Shown here in pieces: positions 57,324-64,000 of a DNA stretch of 64,000 nucleotides (the stretch's first letter is position 1; every line of letters begins with the position of its first letter). The stretch is from Synechococcales cyanobacterium CRU_2_2. GTDB taxonomy: Bacteria > Cyanobacteriota > Cyanobacteriia > PCC-9006 > JAAUQQ01. Location: NCBI GenBank assembly GCA_012034805.1, contig JAAUOP010000007.1, positions 1,003-65,002 on the forward strand, read 5' to 3'. The position numbers were made by a program, and so were the translations under genes. The notes under the pieces were generated by a model. That model did not search any database. It worked only from the letters and a program-made list of their open reading frames with translations, and was not told where the DNA came from.

Positions 57324-58492
57324 GATTCTTTTCCCGATGGGGGGGGCTCAAGCTCAATCTCGACATCAACCTGCATGTTGCTGAGCTGAGCAACGGGCTG
57401 GCTTTGATCCAGCTTGAGGGTCACTTCGACGACCCGTGCATTGGTTCGCGCGGTGGGATCGTCTCCCAAGATGTCGTTTTTAAAGACGAGTTGCCCGACT
57501 TGAACCACTTGTCCGGTGAGAGATTGGGCGAGGGCTGGGCTGGTAATTTGGGCCTTTTGCCCCAAGCGGATCAAATTCACGTCGGTTTCGAAGACTTCGG
57601 CCACAGCAACCATCCGTTGCGTATTGCCCAAGGTTAAAATGCCTTGGGCATTCACGGCCTCGCCGGGCTGGGTCAGAATTTGCAGGACTTGGCCCGGTTG
57701 TTTGGCCCGAATGATGGCTTGCTCGAGTTGGGAGGCGGCGAGGGCCTGCTCCTGTTGCGCAGTTGCTAATCCCTGGTTGATCAACGCAAATTGGGCCGTC
57801 GCCTGCTCCACACTGGTTTGAGCACTGTCAAGGGTTGTACTACGAGCCGAAATCAGTTGGGCTAAGGTCGCTTTTGCCTGACTCAAGTTTTCGGTGGCTT
57901 GGCTAACGACGAGTGATTTTTGATCGATCTCCTGTCGAGAAATTGCGCCTTGTTGGTAAAGCTGGTTGTGGCGATCGCGAGCCTGAACCGCCTGAGTCCG
58001 TTCAATTTCGAGCCTTCGCACCACAGCTTCCTGGGCCTCAATTTGCAGAGCCTGGGGACGATCAATTTGCTGGACTTGCGATCGCGCCTGACGAACCGAA
58101 ATCTGATTTAAGGCCTGCTCATGCTTAATTTTTGCCTCTAGCTCCTGCACCCGACTCTGGGCCAATTGAAGCCGGGCCTGCATTTCTGGATATTGATTCA
58201 AATAGGCCAGGATCTGGTTGGGCTTGACCCAATCGCCTGACTTGACCGCCAATGAGGCGACAGTGCTGCCCACCGGAGCCGCAATTTTAATCACCCCCCC
58301 GTCGGGTTCGACCCGACCCCGAGCGACCACCCTGGAACGAATAGTATCGTATGATACAACTGAAGCCAGGTTGTTCTGAGCGGGTCTCAGGGACTTGACG
58401 AGTACGAAAGCGGTGACCAGCAGCAACCCACAAGTCACGATGCCGCCGAGGAGGGAGAAGGGTTTTCGATCCGGAAGAGCGACCATATCCAA
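57320..58492 (-). CDS. DevB-family (HlyD-like) membrane-fusion protein
   Basis: N-terminal TM helix, lipoyl-like hairpin, long coiled coil (LQLAQSRVQELEAKIKHEQ...), beta-barrel C-terminus. Confidence 0.8.
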   Translation of the reverse strand: MDMVALPDRKPFSLLGGIVTCGLLLVTAFVLVKSLRPAQNNLASVVSYDTIRSRVVARGRVEPDGGVIKIAAPVGSTVASLAVKSGDWVKPNQILAYLNQYPEMQARLQLAQSRVQELEAKIKHEQALNQISVRQARSQVQQIDRPQALQIEAQEAVVRRLEIERTQAVQARDRHNQLYQQGAISRQEIDQKSLVVSQATENLSQAKATLAQLISARSTTLDSAQTSVEQATAQFALINQGLATAQQEQALAASQLEQAIIRAKQPGQVLQILTQPGEAVNAQGILTLGNTQRMVAVAEVFETDVNLIRLGQKAQITSPALAQSLTGQVVQVGQLVFKNDILGDDPTARTNARVVEVTLKLDQSQPVAQLSNMQVDVEIELEPPPSGKES

Positions 58493-58760
58493 ACGTTATT
58501 CAATAATTTTAAGATTTGGTCTTGAGTTCAGAACACTTGTAACCGAAGTCAGTCTCAATTTTCAGTCTCAATAAATTCAACTGAGACCCATCATTGAGTC
58601 AAGCGTCTGATAGATACTAATTTTTACTTGGCAAGACAGTGCTTTCACGGCATTTACTTTGGCTTTGTCAAAAGTTTAAGGGTTTCTAAATTTACGTCTA
58701 TCTCGCAGGCGTACCCTTGCTGACAACCCAACAACGCCTCTGCGGCACACGCCGTCCTAG

Positions 58761-58797
58761 CAAAACGCACCAGTCCCAAGATGGGAGATGGTGCGTT
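58761..58797 (-). terminator. Putative terminator of clpB
   Basis: On the minus strand, aacgcacca-16 nt-tggtgcgtt followed by TTTG. Lies 55-90 nt after the clpB stop. Confidence 0.45.
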
Positions 58798-58850
58798 GCG
58801 GATTGGATTTTGGGGTTGTGGTTTAGCCGGGTTTGGCGGGTGCGACCCCA

Positions 58851-61478
58851 TTACGGGGTTGTCGTAGTGGCGATTTCAGCCCGGAGAGCATTAAAGGCTA
58901 GGCGCTCGTTTTCCACGTCCACAAAGATGGTGTCACCTTCGCTGAACTCACTGCGGAGGATTTTCTTGGCGATCGCCGTTTCCAACTCCCGCTGAATCGC
59001 CCGCTTCAGCGGCCTTGCCCCATACACCGGGTCAAAGCCCACCTCGGCCAGAAAGTCCAAGGCTGCATCGGAGAGCTTGAGGGAGAGCTTGCGATCGTCC
59101 AACCGCTTCGCGAGTCGCTGAACCTGAATCTTGACAATCTCGCGCAGCTCCGTCTTCTTGAGACCATGGAAAATGATGGTTTCATCAATCCGGTTCAAGA
59201 ATTCTGGACGGAAATGGCCGCGCATGGCATCCATCACCCGACTGCGCATTTCCTCGTACTGGTCTTCGCCGCTCACATCCAAGATGTATTGCGAACCAAT
59301 ATTGCTCGTCATGATGATGATGGCATTGGTGAAGTCCACCGTGTGGCCCTGGGCATCGGTCACGCGGCCATCGTCCAGGATTTGCAGCATGACATTGAAG
59401 ACATCGGGGTGAGCCTTTTCAATTTCGTCGAACAGGATGACCGAGTAAGGGCGACGACGCACGCTTTCGGTGAGTTGGCCGCCTTCGTCATAGCCGACGT
59501 AGCCCGGAGGCGCGCCAATTAGCCGCGCAACAGAGTGTTTCTCCATGTATTCAGACATGTCGATGCGCACCATCGCTTCTTCGGTATCGAACATGAACAT
59601 CGCCAGAGCTTTGGCGAGTTCGGTTTTGCCGACGCCGGTGGGTCCTAGGAAGATGAAGCTGGCGATCGGTCGGTTGGGGTCTGAAAGACCGGCGCGCGAT
59701 CGCTGAATGGCATCTGCAACAGCTGTCACCGCGTCATCTTGGCCAATGACTCGCCGATGCAACTCATCTTCTAAGTTAAGCAATTTCTGCATCTCCGAAG
59801 CCACGAGCTTGCTGATCGGAATGCCAGTCCATTTGGAAATAATCTCGGCAATATCCGCCTCGGTCACCTCTTCGCGCAGCAGCGTTGCACCACTGGTTTG
59901 GGCCTCACTCAGCTGGGCTTCGGCGTCCTTGAGCTGTTGCTGAAGGGCCGTCAGGTTTCCATACTTCAGTTCAGCGGCTTTTTGCAGGTCATAATTGCGC
60001 TCAGCTTGCTGAATCTCGACATTGACCCGATCGATTTCCTCCTTAATGCCCTGAAGCTTACCAATTACGTCTTTCTCCGATTGCCACTGGGCACTCAAAG
60101 TACTCTGTTCTTCCTTGAGATCGGCGATTTCCTTGTCGAGGCGATCGAGGCGATCGAGCGAGATTTGGTCGCTTTCTTTCTTGAGCGACAGCCGCTCCAT
60201 TTCCAGTTGGAGGATCTTGCGATCGATCTCATCTAACTCCTCAGGCTTGGAGGTAATCTCCATCTTCAGCCGCGCTGCCGCCTCGTCCATCAGGTCAATG
60301 GCCTTGTCGGGGAGGAAGCGATCGCTGATGTATCGGGTCGAAAGGGTTGCTGCTGCGACTAACGCATTGTCAGAAATATTCACCCCATGGTGAACCTCAT
60401 AGCGCTCGCGCAACCCTCGCAGGATCGAAATCGTATCTTCCACCGTGGGCTGATCGACAAACACCTGCTGGAAGCGCCGCTCGAGGGCCGCATCCTTTTC
60501 AATATATTTGCGATATTCATCCAGGGTTGTTGCGCCAATGCAGCGCAACTCGCCCCGTGCCAACATCGGTTTGAGCAAATTGCTCGCATCCATCGATCCC
60601 TGGGAAGCACCCGCACCCACCACCGTGTGAATTTCGTCGATGAACAAAATAATCTGCCCCTCCGACTCCGTCACTTCCTTCAGCACCGCCTTGAGGCGTT
60701 CCTCAAACTCACCCCGGAACTTGGCACCGGCAATCAGAGCACCCATGTCCAGCGAAATCAGCTGGCGATCCTTGAGCGATTGGGGCACATCACCGCTGAT
60801 AATGCGTTGGGCAAGGCCTTCGGCGATCGCCGTTTTACCCACACCGGGCTCACCAATCAGCACCGGATTATTCTTGGTTCGGCGCGAGAGAATCTGAATC
60901 GTACGGCGAATTTCGTCATCCCGGCCAATCACCGGGTCAAGCTTGCCTGCTTTCGCTGCCTCAGTCAGATCGCGACCATACTTTTCGAGGGACTCGTATT
61001 TGCCCTCCGGATTTTGGCTGTCCACTTTTTGACTCCCCCGAATTTGTGTAATGGTCTCATGCAGCTGGTCTTCGGTGACACCGACTTCCCGCAACATCCC
61101 TTTGCCAAAGCGGCCATCGCCAGGGTAACCCAGGAGCAGGTGTTCCACGGAAATATAGTCATCTTTGAACGCCTTGCGGCAGTTTTCGGCACGATCGAGC
61201 AACGTGTCGAGCGATCGCCCCAAATAAATCGAATCATTGCCACCCGAAACCTTCGGCTGCTTGGCAATCTGCTGCTCGGTGAACGCCCGCAACCGTTCCA
61301 GGCTGACGCCCAGCTTACTAAAAATGCTGGTGGCTAAGCCTTTCTCCTGCTCGAGGAGCGCTTTGAGCAGGTGCTCGCTCTCGATGTGTTGGTGTTGCGC
61401 TTGTTTGGCGACCTCGGGAGTTTGCGCGATCGCGGCCCAAGCCTTCTCAGTAAATTGATCAGGGTTATTGGGTTGCAT
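58851..61478 (-). CDS. clpB: ATP-dependent chaperone ClpB
   Basis: Two AAA+ modules ([25 protein letters not shown]), a middle coiled coil and a Clp_N domain. The start is taken at 61478 ([14 protein letters not shown]). Confidence 0.95.
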   Translation of the reverse strand: MQPNNPDQFTEKAWAAIAQTPEVAKQAQHQHIESEHLLKALLEQEKGLATSIFSKLGVSLERLRAFTEQQIAKQPKVSGGNDSIYLGRSLDTLLDRAENCRKAFKDDYISVEHLLLGYPGDGRFGKGMLREVGVTEDQLHETITQIRGSQKVDSQNPEGKYESLEKYGRDLTEAAKAGKLDPVIGRDDEIRRTIQILSRRTKNNPVLIGEPGVGKTAIAEGLAQRIISGDVPQSLKDRQLISLDMGALIAGAKFRGEFEERLKAVLKEVTESEGQIILFIDEIHTVVGAGASQGSMDASNLLKPMLARGELRCIGATTLDEYRKYIEKDAALERRFQQVFVDQPTVEDTISILRGLRERYEVHHGVNISDNALVAAATLSTRYISDRFLPDKAIDLMDEAAARLKMEITSKPEELDEIDRKILQLEMERLSLKKESDQISLDRLDRLDKEIADLKEEQSTLSAQWQSEKDVIGKLQGIKEEIDRVNVEIQQAERNYDLQKAAELKYGNLTALQQQLKDAEAQLSEAQTSGATLLREEVTEADIAEIISKWTGIPISKLVASEMQKLLNLEDELHRRVIGQDDAVTAVADAIQRSRAGLSDPNRPIASFIFLGPTGVGKTELAKALAMFMFDTEEAMVRIDMSEYMEKHSVARLIGAPPGYVGYDEGGQLTESVRRRPYSVILFDEIEKAHPDVFNVMLQILDDGRVTDAQGHTVDFTNAIIIMTSNIGSQYILDVSGEDQYEEMRSRVMDAMRGHFRPEFLNRIDETIIFHGLKKTELREIVKIQVQRLAKRLDDRKLSLKLSDAALDFLAEVGFDPVYGARPLKRAIQRELETAIAKKILRSEFSEGDTIFVDVENERLAFNALRAEIATTTTP

Positions 61479-61676
61479 GGGGCATTCATCAGAGATTTTA
61501 GGGATGTCACCATTGTAAAAAGACTGTCGCATTTGTCAGGGTCGGTCTCCACACCCTAGATTATTGGGTATCGCCGCACCAGAAACCCAAGGCGAGGTTT
61601 GAGTTCATCTGTACTTCAGTTATGATCTAAGGAGCTCAAAAGAGTACCGTAAGCACGACCCCGTGAGGGCAAAGCC

Positions 61677-62261
61677 ATGGCCGTCGCCGTTCAGCGTTTT
61701 ACGCTCGAGGAGTATCTCAAATACGATGATGGCGAAGACGGTCGCTATGAGCTGGTCGATGGGGAGCTTATCCCGATGAGCTTGGGCACGGGTCAGCATG
61801 GCAGAGCCATGAGCTGCGCAGAAAAGCGACTTCGGCAAGAGATCGACCAGGAGGAACGGCCTTGGATCGCGGAGAAAGGTATTATTGGCGTGCAATCGCC
61901 TCGGGGAACGCGATGGGACACGGTGCGGATTCCAGATGTCGTGGTGATGCTCGCGGAACAATGGGACGGCATGGAAAACCGAGAGGCCGTTATTTTGCTC
62001 AATGAGCCGCCGCCATTACTGGTGGTTGAGGTGGTCAGTGAATCAACCAAGAGGGTGGACTATCGCAGTAAGTTGTCAGAGTATGCGGTGTTGGACATTT
62101 CAGAGTACTGGATTGTCGATCCGTTGCGAGAGCGGGTGACGATTTGTGTTTTGGTGGATGGGTTGTATGACCAAGTGGTGTTTGCAGGGGAGGAGGCGAT
62201 CGCCTCAACAGTCTTCCCGAACCTGACCATGACCGCAGCCCAGATTTTGGCTGGGCGTTGA
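61677..62261 (+). CDS. Uma2-family (DUF820) endonuclease-fold protein, copy A
   Basis: FTLEEYLKYDDGEDGRYELVDGELIPM...PDVVV...LLVVEVVSEST...DYRSKLSEYAVLDISEYWIVDP. Confidence 0.8.
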   Translation: MAVAVQRFTLEEYLKYDDGEDGRYELVDGELIPMSLGTGQHGRAMSCAEKRLRQEIDQEERPWIAEKGIIGVQSPRGTRWDTVRIPDVVVMLAEQWDGMENREAVILLNEPPPLLVVEVVSESTKRVDYRSKLSEYAVLDISEYWIVDPLRERVTICVLVDGLYDQVVFAGEEAIASTVFPNLTMTAAQILAGR

Positions 62262-62291
62262 TGGGCTGGTTTTTGTGCAGATCGCGTTAGT

Positions 62292-62440
62292 CTAGCTTGT
62301 TTGGCTGAGGGCGATCGCGAAGCAGAGGTGGGCGGGGATACGGGCGTTATAGAGGCCTGTGCTAGTGGCGTTGGAGTGGAGGTTGGCTTTGGCGAAGACG
62401 GGGGTGTTGTGAGGCGGGATGAGGCGCTCGGGCTTCCTTG
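62292..62440 (-). pseudogene. C-terminal fragment paralogous to the 3' end of the degraded gene at 63071-63726
   Basis: The minus-strand frame reads ...FAKANLHSNATSTGLYNARIPAHLCFAIALSQTS*, compared with ...LAKTNLHPNATSTALYNARIPNHLCFAVALTD... in the other copy. No start codon. Confidence 0.5.
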
Positions 62441-62489
62441 AAACTGGAGTAGAATGAGCGTAGTCATGCTAGGTAGAGGCGATCGCACC

Positions 62490-63074
62490 ATGACGTTCAC
62501 TAAACCCCGGTTTGCCAGTTTTGAAGCGTATCTGATGGCGGAAGCATCCAACCTGCCAGAGGGTCGTTGTGAGTATTGGGATGGGGAATTGGTTTCGGTT
62601 ATGTCTGAATCGTTGGAGAATGAAGCGATCGCAAACTATCTTTACCTGCTGCTTGTCCAAACGGGAGTCTATCACAAACTTCTCAGCCCTGGTAAGGTCG
62701 AGATCGTCGTCAACGGTAGACCGAGAACCCGCTTTCCAGACCTAACACTCTTGGATGATGCTCATTTGGTTCTGATGGAGAGTAGTACCCGGCTGGGTGC
62801 GGCGATGCCACCGCCCCGGTTGGTGGTTGAGGTTGTTTCACCAGGTGACGAGAATTCTGAGAACTATATCCGTGACTATCAAGACAAGCGGAACCAATAC
62901 GCCGATCGCGGTATCCCTGAGTATTGGCTGATTGACCCACAGCGTTCATGGGTGATGGTTGGAACCCTAGTCTCCGGTACCTATCAGTTCGTGACCTATC
63001 AAGGCGATGATGCGATTGCATCTCCCACGTTCCCAGAGTTGAACCTGACGGCAGCGCAAGTGTTAGCGGGTTAG
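62490..63074 (+). CDS. Uma2-family (DUF820) endonuclease-fold protein, copy B
   Basis: FEAYLMAEASNLPEGRCEYWDGELVSVM...PDLTLL...RLVVEVVSPGDENSENYIRDYQDKRNQYADRGIPEYWLIDP. ATG at 62490. Confidence 0.8.
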   Translation: MTFTKPRFASFEAYLMAEASNLPEGRCEYWDGELVSVMSESLENEAIANYLYLLLVQTGVYHKLLSPGKVEIVVNGRPRTRFPDLTLLDDAHLVLMESSTRLGAAMPPPRLVVEVVSPGDENSENYIRDYQDKRNQYADRGIPEYWLIDPQRSWVMVGTLVSGTYQFVTYQGDDAIASPTFPELNLTAAQVLAG

Positions 63075-63726
63075 GGGATAGTTTGAGCGATTTTGGGGGC
63101 AAGGCTGTCGGTGAGGGCAACGGCGAAGCAAAGGTGGTTTGGAATTCGGGCGTTATAGAGGGCTGTGCTGGTGGCGTTGGGGTGGAGGTTGGTTTTGGCG
63201 AGACGGAGGCATTGGGTGGCGTAGTTTTGGAGGATTTGGGGGTGAGAATTGCGAATTCGGAGAAGTGGAGGTGGGCTTCGCCGCGCATTCCGAGGCCGGG
63301 TTCAAGGTTGAGGATGGTGGCAATGGCGTTGAAGCTGATGCCGTTTTGACTGGTATTTTGATAGATGGTGAGACTGCCCTGTTGTTGGAGTTTGGTGAGG
63401 GTGGTTTTGAGGTAGTGGCTGAGGGCTGGGCGGTTTTGGCAGAGGTTTGGGGGTCGGTAGTTGTCTGAGGCTGGGGTTTTGATGGTTTGGGTGATGGCTT
63501 CGATGATGGCTTGGATGGTGTCATCGTTGAGAGTGGTGTAGTGGCGATCGCTGATCTGGATGTCCTGCCCGTGACCGATGTGGATGTTGTATTTACTGTC
63601 GAGTTGCTGGAGAATTTAGGGGTTAGGGGTGGTGAGGTGTTGGCGCAGGGTGGTGAGGTCGGCGGGGGTGTGGGTGACGGTTTCGATGCGTTCTAGGATG
63701 ATGTGTAGTTCACTGGGGAGGGCCAT
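63071..63726 (-). pseudogene. Degraded hypothetical gene with an in-frame TAA (63616-63618) and a frameshift at a G5/C5 run (63238-63242)
   Basis: MALPSELHIILERIETVTHTPADLTTLRQHLTTPNP*ILQQLDSKYNIHIGHGQDIQISDRHY... The SKYN-IxIGxGQDIQI-DR motif recalls short N-terminal modules of cyanobacterial STAND/conflict proteins (a recollection, not verified). The stop overlaps the Uma2-B stop (TTAG). Confidence 0.4.
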
Positions 63727-63862
63727 GTGATCTCGTCAGTTGGTGAGTGAGTCATGTTGGAATTGCCACTATTGTAGCTAGATCACTCATTTCTCTCTGT
63801 TTCGAGCCTACGGCGATGCAGGATGAGCTATTGTCCTTGAACGACTGCTAACTTTGTCAAAG

Positions 63863-64000
63863 CTAGACTGAAGGGCAATCTCGCTGAATCAAGCATTGAA
63901 ACCATTTTTGATCCTTTCGATAATCGATACCGAAGGCACTCGAATGAAACCAGTGCAGCGCCTGCTCGTAGCAGCGTTCTCCCAGACCTAAGGCATTTAG
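63863..64000 (-). CDS. 3' end of an unidentified CDS (partial, enters from the right edge)
   Basis: The minus-strand frame is open from 64000: LNALGLGERCYEQALHWFHSSAFGIDYRKDQKWFQCLIQRDCPSV*. No family recognised. Confidence 0.3.
   Translation of the reverse strand, partial: LNALGLGERCYEQALHWFHSSAFGIDYRKDQKWFQCLIQRDCPSV

Noticed and set aside
59131-61559. Plus-strand ORFs antisense to clpB (e.g. 60387..61337, 316 aa)
   Set aside because: clpB on the minus strand is unambiguous. The antisense frames lack motifs and have skewed composition.
62060-63524. P/S/T-rich minus-strand ORFs 62060..62551, 62710..63288 and 63153..63524
   Set aside because: They run antisense through the two Uma2 genes or are out of frame with the degraded gene. 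Only short parts correspond to the real, frameshifted minus-strand coding sequence described under 63071-63726.

Overview
The window looks like a cyanobacterial chromosome segment. The HIP1 octamer GCGATCGC is scattered throughout (for example at 396-403), and the housekeeping genes acsF, isiA/isiB, pstSCAB and clpB are present.

Gene content from left to right:
- **Iron uptake (0.2-8.2 kb):** FecCD remnant, repeat-rich TonB-like protein, exbB, exbD, a disrupted TonB-dependent receptor, a lipoprotein and a PepSY protein.
- **Small conserved genes (8.3-11.3 kb):** VOC, DUF2808-like, DUF1997-like and MarR.
- **Main candidate for an undescribed system (11.4-29 kb):** a plus-strand operon encodes an extended sigma-70-like factor, a DUF1822-like protein, an N-terminal caspase-like CHAT domain fused to a membrane CHASE2 sensor, and a DUF928-like exported protein. 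It converges on a minus-strand array encoding a secreted TPR-CHAT protease, two giant TPS/filamentous-haemagglutinin-like exoproteins with a shared C-terminal module, an RTX calcium-binding protein and a VOC protein. No TpsB transporter is visible in the window.
- **pstSCAB**, followed by a 243-bp element flanked by inverted repeats.
- **acsF and a TM2 protein.**
- **A possible metal module:** a Cys-repeat (PCAG x5) lipoprotein, 19-bp direct repeats, a cupin, and a histidine kinase with an OmpR-type regulator.
- **Mixed genes:** GNAT, a Tat beta-carbonic-anhydrase-like gene, Uma2, glutamate dehydrogenase and a solo IS1 InsA-like ORF.
- **Iron-stress island:** dps, a 2Fe-2S ferredoxin-like gene, isiA, isiB, a hydrolase, a near-perfect Fur box and a Crp-family regulator.
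- **A minus-strand DevB-DevC-DevC-DevA exporter operon**, followed by an LCAT-like lipase and an odd Pro-rich 128-aa protein.
- **clpB.**
- **A tandem Uma2 duplication** next to a degraded gene.

Two window-wide patterns stand out. At least ten genes are broken by single-base frameshifts, mostly at short homopolymer runs, so they are either assembly errors or real decay. Many unrelated genes also carry 15-bp (pentapeptide) tandem repeats. All family calls come from reading motifs by eye; no searches were run.
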